Made by a program: the position numbers and the translations under genes. Shown here piece by piece: positions 8,020 to 16,640 of a DNA stretch of 27,460 bases. The stretch's first letter is position 1; each line of letters begins with the position of its first letter. This stretch comes from a virus (Duplodnaviria > Caudoviricetes). Location: IMG/VR virus record IMGVR_UViG_3300044676_007359, positions 1 through 27,460 of that record; one strand, given 5' to 3'. The notes under the pieces were generated by a model, which saw nothing but the letters and a program-made list of their open reading frames with translations, searched no databases and had not been told where the DNA came from.

Positions 8020-8723
8020 GAATTGACCTGATCAAAGCTGAGATTGATAAAGACAACCGCCAGACCGCCAAGATAGCCGGCGTGATCTCTACAGATGAGG
8101 TTGATTTACAAGGTGAGCGAGTCTTACAAAAAGGTTTAGATTTCAGCTACTTCTTAAAAAAGGGCGTGTTCAATTATGAGCACCAAGCAGGCGCTCAGAA
8201 CCTCCTAGGCTACCCAACAAAAGTGACACAGCGCAAAGGTTACACTGAGGTTGAGGGCGTGCTGCTCTTAGACAAGCCCAAAGCGCGAGACATCTTCGAG
8301 ACCGCTTCGGCGATGAGGAAGGCCGGAGGGCACCGCACTTTAGGCTTTAGTGTGGAGGGCCAAGTGATGGAACGTGACCCCGAAAACCCTAAAATCGTCA
8401 CGAAGGCAAAGGTGATCAATTGCGCGATCACCTCAAACCCGATCAATCCAGACACGTCACTTGAGCTGATCAAGAGCGTGACCGCTTGGCTTCAGAAGGG
8501 CTCAGTAGGCTATCAGGCACCGAGCCAAGTAAACGGTGAGTCTATCGCGGGCCTCGTGCCACAACAACTCGACACAGTGAGCAACGCGAGCTATAACGCC
8601 TTGAATGATGAACGTTTAGCCTCTATAATCACTAAATTGTCAACCCTTTACCCAAATGTTAAACCCGGCGCGCTCGCTCGTGCCGCATCAGAATTATCAG
8701 GAGTCCTCGATGAAGGCAGATGA
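8016..8723 (+). CDS. Prohead maturation protease (HK97-type, SPO1/Twort-like)
   Basis: DLQGERVLQKGLDFSYF, FNYEH (His), LGFSVEG (Ser), CAITSNPINPDT; upstream of scaffold and capsid genes. Confidence 0.9.
   Translation: MRIDLIKAEIDKDNRQTAKIAGVISTDEVDLQGERVLQKGLDFSYFLKKGVFNYEHQAGAQNLLGYPTKVTQRKGYTEVEGVLLLDKPKARDIFETASAMRKAGGHRTLGFSVEGQVMERDPENPKIVTKAKVINCAITSNPINPDTSLELIKSVTAWLQKGSVGYQAPSQVNGESIAGLVPQQLDTVSNASYNALNDERLASIITKLSTLYPNVKPGALARAASELSGVLDEGR
8601..8629 (+). promoter_or_regulatory. Putative sigma70-like promoter inside the protease gene, upstream of scaffold/capsid
   Basis: TTGAAT (8601-8606), 17 nt, TATAAT (8624-8629); locally AT-rich; ~80 nt before ATG 8710. Confidence 0.55.
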
Positions 8724-9282
8724 TCTAATTGAGATGATGACCGGCGCCGGTGTGTCCTCTCGCGAGGCCGAGCGCCGCGCGTCCGAGTACCTGCGTGACC
8801 AAGCAGACGTAGAGCTGTTTGAGAAGAGCCTCACGGCGCTTGACGGCGTAGCAGAGGCCCAGCGCGAGGCTGAAGAGGCGCAGTATGAGCGACTATCTAA
8901 AGCCTACGGCGAAGGCCAAGACACCGTAGCCGAAGCACTCGCGCCCGCACTTGACGCGCTCTTGACTGAGCAACGCGCGCAAAATGAAGCGCTTTGTAAG
9001 GGCCTACAAGGAGCGCTTGAGCTCGTTAAGTCACTCAGCACAGAGCTCAAGTCACTCAGAGGCGCACACACACAAGAGCCGGCGCCAATGGCTAAGAGTG
9101 TCACCTCATACATCCCCGCACCGGGAGAGCAAGCGCCCGCAGCGTCACGAGACGATCTATTTAAATCTCTCTCTGACATGACCGTGAGCGACCCTCACCG
9201 CGCGGGCGAGATGATGGAGGCCGCAGCGCTTCTCGAGTCTGGCGCTAACCCTGATCAAATCAAATCACGATACGGCATCTAA
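8710..9282 (+). CDS. Probable capsid scaffold protein (190 aa; start revised from 8656)
   Basis: SD CAGGAG just before ATG 8710; acidic, coiled-coil-like; between protease and capsid gene; all nine Lys are followed by S/A/G. Confidence 0.7.
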   Translation: MKADDLIEMMTGAGVSSREAERRASEYLRDQADVELFEKSLTALDGVAEAQREAEEAQYERLSKAYGEGQDTVAEALAPALDALLTEQRAQNEALCKGLQGALELVKSLSTELKSLRGAHTQEPAPMAKSVTSYIPAPGEQAPAASRDDLFKSLSDMTVSDPHRAGEMMEAAALLESGANPDQIKSRYGI

Positions 9283-9291
9283 GGATAAATC

Positions 9292-10731
9292 ATGCAAGGA
9301 TTACCATCATCAGCGGATATGTCCGCACTCATGGGATCGCTCCAAAAGGGCACCGTCGGCTATCAGACACCGCTTGTCCCAGCAGGTGGATCTCAGACAG
9401 CGGCGAATCTCAGCCCGCTCATCCCGCAACAGCTCGCGCAGACTCTGAGTATTGCTACTAGCAGTATGCAAGATCTCAAGCTATGGCCTATGCTCGCGAA
9501 GGTCCAAGCTCAAAACACAGTAGTTGAATATAATCGTGTACTTAACCACGGTGGACAACACAGCCCCTTCATTATCGAGGGTGGTAACGCGCCGCTTAAC
9601 CGTAGCACCTATGAGAAGGTAGCTACCAAGATCCGCTACATGGCGGAGCGTCGAGAGGTCACTGATCAAGCGAGCATGGTCTCTATTGTAGGCCCTAGCG
9701 CGGACGCAATCGCAGAGGAGACCCGACGAGGCACTGAGAGTCTTCTTCAGCGCCTTGAGCTCAACCTCTTCCACGCGGACTCAACGAAAGACAGCAACGC
9801 CTTCAACGGGATCGTTAAGCAGATCTCAGACGGCGGTAACGTCGCGGATCTTCGCGGAAAAGCGCCGAGCGCAGTCTATCTCTCTGAGATCTTAGGCTCA
9901 CTCTACAGCGCGCCATTCTACGGCATGGTCTCTCACATCATGGTCACGCCTCGCGTGCTCAGCGAGCTGATCAAGCAGACTGTACATCACGGGCGTCATG
10001 ATCAAATCCAGGTAAACAACGGCTCAGTCACATTCGGCGCGTCTAGTCTCAGCATCACAGGTCCTTACGGTCCTGTTCAGGTGGTCTCGGCTCCATTCCT
10101 CGAGCGTCATGACCGCATCGCGCCTTCACTCGGCGCGGGCTCTGTCTTTGATGGCACTTTAGCCGCCCCTACTGTTCAAGTTGAGACAGCGGCAGGCGCG
10201 AACAACGCCTCTAAGTTTGTAGCGGCTGATAACGGCGATTACACCTATCGTGTGGTAGCGGTAGGCGATAGCGGCGTGAGCGTACCTGTAGACACAGCAG
10301 CGGTGACAGTGGCAGCAGGCGAGCAAGTGACCTTCACGATTCGCCACGCGGCACACGCTACCGTTAAATACCTCCGAGTTTACCGGAGCGCGAAAAACGC
10401 GACTAGCGCAGACGGCGCGCTCTTGATTGAAGAGGTCGCAGTATCGGGACAAGATACTGTAGTGACTGATAACAACGAGAACATCCCCGGCGCAAGTGAG
10501 ATCCTCTTCTTGAACTTCTCGCCTGATTACATGTGTTATTATCAGATGTTAAGTCTCGTGCGTCGTCCTCTCGCGCAGATCTCAACCACGTTCCCATTCC
10601 TCCTTATGATGTTCGGTGCGCCGGCTGTGAAGCTGCCTACTAAGATGTTCGTGGTTAAAAACGCAGGCGTCAACGCATCAAGCGGCTTGAGCGCGATCAC
10701 TGATCCGCAGCTCCTCGGCCTCCACATTTAA
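9292..10731 (+). CDS. Major capsid protein (HK97 fold, SPO1/Twort-like, with Ig-like insertion)
   Basis: LKLWPMLAK..AQNTVVEYNR, YMAERREVT, LFHADS...AFNGIVKQI, and beta-rich insertion YTYRVVAVGDSGVS...YLRVYRS; SD TAAGGA; probable maturation site LQK/GTVGY. Confidence 0.9.
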   Translation: MQGLPSSADMSALMGSLQKGTVGYQTPLVPAGGSQTAANLSPLIPQQLAQTLSIATSSMQDLKLWPMLAKVQAQNTVVEYNRVLNHGGQHSPFIIEGGNAPLNRSTYEKVATKIRYMAERREVTDQASMVSIVGPSADAIAEETRRGTESLLQRLELNLFHADSTKDSNAFNGIVKQISDGGNVADLRGKAPSAVYLSEILGSLYSAPFYGMVSHIMVTPRVLSELIKQTVHHGRHDQIQVNNGSVTFGASSLSITGPYGPVQVVSAPFLERHDRIAPSLGAGSVFDGTLAAPTVQVETAAGANNASKFVAADNGDYTYRVVAVGDSGVSVPVDTAAVTVAAGEQVTFTIRHAAHATVKYLRVYRSAKNATSADGALLIEEVAVSGQDTVVTDNNENIPGASEILFLNFSPDYMCYYQMLSLVRRPLAQISTTFPFLLMMFGAPAVKLPTKMFVVKNAGVNASSGLSAITDPQLLGLHI

Positions 10732-10746
10732 GGATCATAGGCGACC

Positions 10747-10968
10747 ATGAGCATGATAAAAATAAGGCACCCTAGACTTAAAAACGTTGAGCTCTCTCTC
10801 GCAGATGGTCTCGTGTCCATCGACGGTGAGGGCTTGCTCATCGGTGAATTATCTCAGGCTCAGATCGCCAAAGCTTCCTTAATGGGATGGGAGCAGATCG
10901 AGGACAAGCCGAAGCCCAAGCGCCGGCGCTCCTCACGTAAGACCGCCTCGAGCGGTTCAGAAGAGTAG
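10747..10968 (+). CDS. Small hypothetical protein with basic C-terminus
   Basis: Fills the gap between capsid and neck genes; ends KPKPKRRRSSRK... Confidence 0.7.
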   Translation: MSMIKIRHPRLKNVELSLADGLVSIDGEGLLIGELSQAQIAKASLMGWEQIEDKPKPKRRRSSRKTASSGSEE

Positions 10969-10974
10969 GACCCT

Positions 10975-11919
10975 ATGGCCACCATCCAAGAGCGCGGATA
11001 TGATGTACAATATCTCAAAGACACCTATCTGCTAGGTGTGGATTTAACTCTAGATGATGGTTCAGCCTACCCTGATACAATCTTCACAACGTCCATTGAG
11101 CAAGCCGCGCGCGCGGTGAGTGATGAACTCGGCTTAGTGTTTGACGTGCAGACGTTTTCAGAACGTCACGACAAAGAGCCAGACGCGGCCCCCGCGTGGC
11201 ACCCGATCCGCTCACGTTATCGGCCCCTGATTGATGTAGAGGCGCTCAACATCGTGTACGGCAACAGCACGACGCGCGCAGAGCTACCCCCTGAATGGGC
11301 CCAAGTTACTGAGCCTATGGCCGGTCAGGTCCATATCGTACCCACGACCGAGGGCGCCTCTAGCTATATCATCGCGGGCGGTACTCCTGTAATACTCGGT
11401 TTAGGTGGGCTCAATGCTCAATACTACATCCCTGCTTACTTTGAGCTCGACTACCGCGCCGGCTTCCCTTACTACACAGGGACCGCGACAATCAGCGCGG
11501 GCCAGAGCTCAGTAGAGGTGAGCACGCCTCAAAAATTCGTGGACCGCTACGACGTCCAAGCCACGGGCGCGAGCGTGAGCGCTAAACGTCACGATAAGTT
11601 CACCTTGAGCTTGAGCGCGCCCGCAGCACAAGACACAAGCATTGCATGGATCATTGACACGCTACCCCAAGACATCGCGCGCGCAGTCATGCTCAAGAGC
11701 TCGCTCCTAGCGCTAGACGTCGCAGGTGATTTGATCGCGGGCGCAGGTCTCGCGATGGTCTCAACTTCGATGGATGGATTGAGCCAGAATATTAACACCA
11801 CGGCGAGCGCGACTAACTCAGGTTATGGCGCGCGTGTGCTCCAATTCACTAAAGAATACAAGGAGTTAATCGCTACACTCAAGGCTACCTATCGCGCTAT
11901 GAACATTATGGCGTTGTGA
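10975..11919 (+). CDS. Head-tail adaptor / neck protein
   Basis: Position; motifs YLLGVDL, DYRAGF...LPQDIARAV, STSMDGLSQNINTTASATNSGYGAR typical of this myovirus neck family. Confidence 0.7.
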   Translation: MATIQERGYDVQYLKDTYLLGVDLTLDDGSAYPDTIFTTSIEQAARAVSDELGLVFDVQTFSERHDKEPDAAPAWHPIRSRYRPLIDVEALNIVYGNSTTRAELPPEWAQVTEPMAGQVHIVPTTEGASSYIIAGGTPVILGLGGLNAQYYIPAYFELDYRAGFPYYTGTATISAGQSSVEVSTPQKFVDRYDVQATGASVSAKRHDKFTLSLSAPAAQDTSIAWIIDTLPQDIARAVMLKSSLLALDVAGDLIAGAGLAMVSTSMDGLSQNINTTASATNSGYGARVLQFTKEYKELIATLKATYRAMNIMAL

Positions 11920-11928
11920 GGTGGCCAC

Positions 11929-12738
11929 ATGATTTTAGGCTCTCGCGTACCTCCAAAACTTAACCCGCGCGCGGACTTTAAACCTGAGCAATTCCGCAAA
12001 GTTATCATCTCTCATGGAATGAATGTGAGATGGGAACAGGCCGCCGAGTGCCCATGCTCTCAGGTCTCGGGCGCGCATGGGTTCAGCCTCGCAGGCGCGA
12101 GCGGAGACGCTGAACAAGCGCGCGTTGATTGCCCAGCGTGCCATGGTAAGGGCTATCTCTACCACAGCGCGCAGACGATCAGAGCGGTAGTCACAGGCGC
12201 GCGAAAAGAGGAGCAACGACACGGCCCCGCAGGCGCTACTGAGTACGGACGCGGACAAATAGGTATTACGCTACTACCTGAACATTTGCCCACATACGGC
12301 GACCGCTTCACAGTCTTAGACAGCGCGATCATTTACCGCGAGACGATCAAGCGCACCGCAGGCGCAACGGACACCACGCGCTACCCTATCGCCACGCGAT
12401 CACATGACCTCGACGGCGGCGCGGTGAGCTTTGGTGTACGGCACCTGATACCGGCCAACGCTCAAGGGATAGTGGACCCGGCAGGCGCGCTTGGGGAAGG
12501 CTCAGATTTTACTGTGAATAGTGAGGGCGCTATCGAGTGGATCAATGCACCGGATGAGGGCGACCGCTTCAGCGTGACCTATTACGCGCACCCTGTGTAC
12601 ATCATCACGAATCACCCGCACGCGGTGAGAGACACTTATGTAAATTTCAAGGCGCCGGCGCCCTACCATGCAGAGCTTCCAATCTACGCAGAGGCACAGC
12701 TTGAGTTTTACGGAGCTCCAGAGGGCACAGCGCGATGA
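11929..12738 (+). CDS. Neck / head-closure protein with zinc finger
   Basis: WEQAAECPC...CPACHGKGYLY motif as in SPO1/Twort-like neck proteins; SD GAGGTGG. Confidence 0.7.
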   Translation: MILGSRVPPKLNPRADFKPEQFRKVIISHGMNVRWEQAAECPCSQVSGAHGFSLAGASGDAEQARVDCPACHGKGYLYHSAQTIRAVVTGARKEEQRHGPAGATEYGRGQIGITLLPEHLPTYGDRFTVLDSAIIYRETIKRTAGATDTTRYPIATRSHDLDGGAVSFGVRHLIPANAQGIVDPAGALGEGSDFTVNSEGAIEWINAPDEGDRFSVTYYAHPVYIITNHPHAVRDTYVNFKAPAPYHAELPIYAEAQLEFYGAPEGTAR

Positions 12739-13445
12739 TTGATCTAAGGGAATACGGGCTAGACCCCCGCAGCCGACAAGCCCGCGCTAAGCGCCTAGCC
12801 GTGGCGCTTGTAGCGGCGTGGAAGGCTACAGCACATGAGGCCGGTGAGGATCTAGGCTCGGTGCTACGCGACTACAAGCGCGGTGTGGTCATCACACAGG
12901 CTACACCTGAACTTGTGGTAGTCACGCTTCAAGGGATAGTGCCTAATCTACTAGAGCAAGGTCAACAGCCCCACGACATGAGAGACTATCTCTTGAGGAC
13001 TGTTCGACCCGGCGCCGCGCCAATACGCCGCGATAAGCTAGGCCGCCCGTATCGCTTCATCATGTTTAGAAAGAAGGTAGCCGAGATCAAGCGCATGGGA
13101 GACACGAACGCCTATAGCGACGCTAAAGACCTAACGGCGACCATGAGCGGCAGTGAGGGGCGCTTGATCTATGGGTCTCGTATGGACAGCGGGCGCGCGG
13201 CTCACTACGTCAATAAAAGCGGTGTGAGATCTGTATCAGACGCGCTCTCAGGTATGGTTAAACTTGTAGGGATCACGACCCCAGAGGGCGCGGCGCGAGA
13301 CGGCTCTAATACCACCTATGCAACGTGGCGAACCGTGAGCTATAAGCGCCCCGAAGCTTGGCAACATCCAGGAAGACAAGCGCTCAATCTCGCTCAAAGC
13401 GTGATGGACAATGTAAGCGACATCGCAGAGGGCGCGGGCCTATGA
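12735..13445 (+). CDS. Putative tail completion / neck protein
   Basis: Position; LLEQGQQPHDMR and WRTVS...WQHPG motifs; ATGA overlaps at both ends. Confidence 0.55.
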   Translation: MIDLREYGLDPRSRQARAKRLAVALVAAWKATAHEAGEDLGSVLRDYKRGVVITQATPELVVVTLQGIVPNLLEQGQQPHDMRDYLLRTVRPGAAPIRRDKLGRPYRFIMFRKKVAEIKRMGDTNAYSDAKDLTATMSGSEGRLIYGSRMDSGRAAHYVNKSGVRSVSDALSGMVKLVGITTPEGAARDGSNTTYATWRTVSYKRPEAWQHPGRQALNLAQSVMDNVSDIAEGAGL

Positions 13446-14041
13446 TCCATCACCACATGACAACCGCGCTACGCACCGCGCTGAATTATTACCTAGACGC
13501 GGCCAATCAAGCGCAGGCGCTAGAGCACCTCTACAACACCGCGCACGATGACACGACGCTCATCAAGGTGCTTACAGAGCTCAGAGAGAAAGCGCCAAAG
13601 GTCATCCCACACGCGACAGCGGGCGCGCAAGGTCTGCCCCTAGTGGTATGTCAGCAGCGCTCGCGTAACGTGACGCACCGCCCGCTAGGAGGCACCGCGA
13701 ACGGGATAGAGCAAACGATCTCTAACCAGACCGCTTTGATAGAGATTATGGCAGCCGGCGCAGAGGCCGCCGAGGTTCTAGCTCAGCTTGTGGTCACAGC
13801 ATTGCACGCGCTCAGAGCTGATTTTCTCGCTAACGGCTATCTCACGTTTCAGTTTGACTCTATCGCAGAGCTCGCACCTCAAGAGATGTTAGCCGCCGAA
13901 GAGCTCGGGGTATTCGTGCGACGCCTCAACATCTCAGCGATGCTGCACGACACCGCCGGCGCGCGGATCTTCTCTGCTGATGAGGTGATAGGGACGCTGA
14001 GCTTAGGTCTCACGCCTCAAGGGCGCGTGACACCGCTTTAA
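13442..14041 (+). CDS. Putative tail terminator (199 aa; start revised from 13358)
   Basis: In-frame ATG 13442 overlaps the upstream TGA (ATGA); directly precedes the sheath gene. Function from synteny only. Confidence 0.5.
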   Translation: MIHHHMTTALRTALNYYLDAANQAQALEHLYNTAHDDTTLIKVLTELREKAPKVIPHATAGAQGLPLVVCQQRSRNVTHRPLGGTANGIEQTISNQTALIEIMAAGAEAAEVLAQLVVTALHALRADFLANGYLTFQFDSIAELAPQEMLAAEELGVFVRRLNISAMLHDTAGARIFSADEVIGTLSLGLTPQGRVTPL

Positions 14042-14055
14042 ACACACGATATAAT
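14027..14055 (+). promoter_or_regulatory. Putative sigma70-like promoter for tail sheath/tube genes
   Basis: GTGACA (14027-14032), 17 nt, TATAAT (14050-14055), then SD TAAGGAG and ATG 14087, in the largest clear intergenic gap of the structural module. Confidence 0.65.
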
Positions 14056-14086
14056 CTAAATTCACACACACATAAGGAGCGCTCAT

Positions 14087-15730
14087 ATGCCTAGCATCCT
14101 CAACTCTACAGGGTTTCCGCGTACAGGGCGCCCCGGTATCTATAGCCGCATTGACGCGAGCGCGCTCTCAGGTGGCGATGTCACGAGCGGAAACATAGCG
14201 CTTGTGGGAGACTTCCCCAGCTTCAAAAGCCACACCCCGAAGCTCTTTAGCTCGCGCCGATCAATGAGCGCGTATGACCTGAGTGATAATGATCTCGCTC
14301 TACTCGCTCAGCTCGCTTTCTCACCTTCAGACGATCCAGCGGCGAGCGCGGGCGCGTCAAGTATACGAGTTGTAAACGCGCGTGAGACCACCGCTCAAGC
14401 CTCTCTTGATATTGGGCCACTCACGATCAAGAGCGTGATCTATGGCACGAAGGGCAACCGACTAAACGCGGCTCTCACTATCGCAGGAGACACGCACACG
14501 CTCACGCTCAACCGTAACGGGCTAAGCGAGGAGTTCAAGATCGAGAGTGATCCTCTCTTCAGTATCGAGAATGAGGACACCAATGATCTCACTGTAGTGA
14601 TCGAAGACGGAACAGCGACACTCACACGTAACGCCGTAAGCCTGCTCTCAGTGGGCAGCGAAGAGGCACCCACGCTTAAGGCTTTTGTAACGCTTGCAAA
14701 TGAGCTGACAGACGTAAGCGCCACGCTTATCGAGGTCTCTGAGATCGCGCTAGATGAGATAGACTACATCTCTCAGACGATCGGCGCGAGCTCAACAGAG
14801 ACATTCAAGGCGCCGGCCTATCAGCTCAAGCAAGCGCTGAGCTCATCGACACTCGCAGAGGCCACGCTTCTAAACACATCAGCCGCAGCATCACTCAGCG
14901 CGACCACCCAGACCGCGACAGGCGGCGCCGATGGTCTCACTCTTGACTTTGAAGAGGCGCTACAGAGCGTTGAGAACGCTGATGTACAAATCGTGGTACT
15001 CTTCACCGAAGACTCAGCGAGTCAGAGCAAGCTAAGCGCGCACCTCACAGCGGCATCTAACGCGGGATATGAGCGCCAAGCTTATTGTGCTATCGCTTCA
15101 ACGGAGACCCTAGCGAACGTGAAGACACGCGCGGCGAGCCTTAACAACGCAGGCATCGCACTAGCCTCACAGAGCATCAAGCTTGTTGACCCGCGAGCCA
15201 AGACAGTCACCAAGAGCCCGAAATATACCGCGCTCATGTTGGGAGCTATGCAAGCAGGATCAGACACGGGCGAGCCGCTCACGCGCAAGCGCCCGCGCAT
15301 CATCGAGACCTCGCAATCATGGGACGCATACGCCGACATTGAGCAGGCGATCAAGAGCGGTACTATCGCGATCAGTACGGATAATCTAGGCCCGCGCGTT
15401 GAGCGCAGTATCACCACCTATCTCACCGATAACAACCCGGTCTATTGTGAGGTGAGCGCGTATGAGTCTATCCTAGTCTCTCTCAGGACACTACGCGCCG
15501 CGCTCGCTGATCAAATAGGGCGCCCGACGCGAGCAAGCCAGATCCCTTTGATCACCTCGCGCGTTCAGAGCTCACTTACAGCGCAGGTGAGAGACGGAGT
15601 GATCAAGGCCTTTCAAAACATCCAGCTTGAGGATCTTGGTGATGAGGTAGCGATTAGCTATGAGGTCGCACCGGTTGAGCCGCTTAACTTTATCAGTATC
15701 ACCGCCGTAGCGGTACGCATCACAGCCTAA
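14087..15730 (+). CDS. Contractile tail sheath protein
   Basis: N-terminal RPGIYSRID, GEPLTRK, RVERSITTY, C-terminal YEVAPVEPLNFISIT; 547 aa. Confidence 0.92.
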   Translation: MPSILNSTGFPRTGRPGIYSRIDASALSGGDVTSGNIALVGDFPSFKSHTPKLFSSRRSMSAYDLSDNDLALLAQLAFSPSDDPAASAGASSIRVVNARETTAQASLDIGPLTIKSVIYGTKGNRLNAALTIAGDTHTLTLNRNGLSEEFKIESDPLFSIENEDTNDLTVVIEDGTATLTRNAVSLLSVGSEEAPTLKAFVTLANELTDVSATLIEVSEIALDEIDYISQTIGASSTETFKAPAYQLKQALSSSTLAEATLLNTSAAASLSATTQTATGGADGLTLDFEEALQSVENADVQIVVLFTEDSASQSKLSAHLTAASNAGYERQAYCAIASTETLANVKTRAASLNNAGIALASQSIKLVDPRAKTVTKSPKYTALMLGAMQAGSDTGEPLTRKRPRIIETSQSWDAYADIEQAIKSGTIAISTDNLGPRVERSITTYLTDNNPVYCEVSAYESILVSLRTLRAALADQIGRPTRASQIPLITSRVQSSLTAQVRDGVIKAFQNIQLEDLGDEVAISYEVAPVEPLNFISITAVAVRITA

Positions 15731-15744
15731 TAGGAGTCTAGAAA

Positions 15745-16173
15745 ATGCCAGAATATAAAGGGATTAGCGGCGCATCGTGTAAAGTATTCTTGAGCGCAAC
15801 GGGTGACGAGATCGGATGGGCCACAGGTGTAAACGTTAGCGAAAACATCCAGACTCAGCGCGTTGATGTGATCGGTGAGATTGACTCACAAGAGATCATC
15901 CCTGTGAGACGTACTGCTACCATCAGTGTTGACGCTATCAGAATTAGCAAGCAGGCGCTTGAGGATAATGGAGTGTGGCAGAAGGGGAGCACAAGCGATA
16001 TCCTAAACGCAGGCTCTATCAGCATGAGCGTGATTGATGAAACCAACGGAGACACGCTTTTAACGCTCGAGGGATGCAGGCCCACAACACGAAACTTTAG
16101 AGTAGACTCGAGCTCTCTTTTCAGCGAGAATCTAAGCTTTGAGGTACGCCGCGTGGTGTACCCTAACGAGTAA
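15745..16173 (+). CDS. Tail tube protein
   Basis: 142 aa beta-rich protein directly after the sheath; IGWATGVNVSEN...VIGEIDSQEIIP. Confidence 0.85.
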   Translation: MPEYKGISGASCKVFLSATGDEIGWATGVNVSENIQTQRVDVIGEIDSQEIIPVRRTATISVDAIRISKQALEDNGVWQKGSTSDILNAGSISMSVIDETNGDTLLTLEGCRPTTRNFRVDSSSLFSENLSFEVRRVVYPNE

Positions 16174-16184
16174 AGAGAGAGACT

Positions 16185-16640
16185 ATGTTAAGTGAGATTC
16201 GAGAGCGCGCAGAGGCCGCGCCACAGACAGCCGGAGACAGTGAGCCTGTGGGGGCCGAGAAGATCTTACATATTGAGTTTGATCTACAGGGCTCGACCTT
16301 GAGCGCATCGGTTGTGTGTCGCGTCCTCACCACTGATCAGACTATCCGCCGAGATCGCGCGTTGGTTCAGCTCAGCGCGCCTGAGCGCTATGATGATTTA
16401 CCTGCTATGGCAAAGCTCAGGATCTACGCTCTCTCGACTCTCTCACAGGCGCTACTTGATCCCCCCGAGTGGCTCGATGAGTGGGCCGGTCGCTATGATC
16501 CTCTACTCTTCGCGATCTATGAGGAGGTGGCAGCGCATGAGCGCGCGTTTTTTCATGGACACATGGAAGCGAGCGAAGAGGGCGAGGAGCCAGCACCCCT
16601 TGTGCGGATCAGGTCTCTTGATCCACCACCCCCCGCTTGA
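16185..16640 (+). CDS. Tail assembly chaperone (gpG-like)
   Basis: Between tube and tape measure; acidic; overlapped by a second ORF in the +1 frame. Confidence 0.7.
   Translation: MLSEIRERAEAAPQTAGDSEPVGAEKILHIEFDLQGSTLSASVVCRVLTTDQTIRRDRALVQLSAPERYDDLPAMAKLRIYALSTLSQALLDPPEWLDEWAGRYDPLLFAIYEEVAAHERAFFHGHMEASEEGEEPAPLVRIRSLDPPPPA

Noticed and set aside
8656-8709. Longer N-termini given in the ORF track for the scaffold (8656) and terminator (13358)
   Set aside because: Better starts exist: ATG 8710 with SD CAGGAG, and ATG 13442 coupled to the upstream stop; the extensions overlap upstream genes.
10160-10480. Ig-like insertion in the major capsid protein as a novelty
   Set aside because: A similar beta-rich insertion is a regular feature of SPO1/Twort-like capsid proteins.
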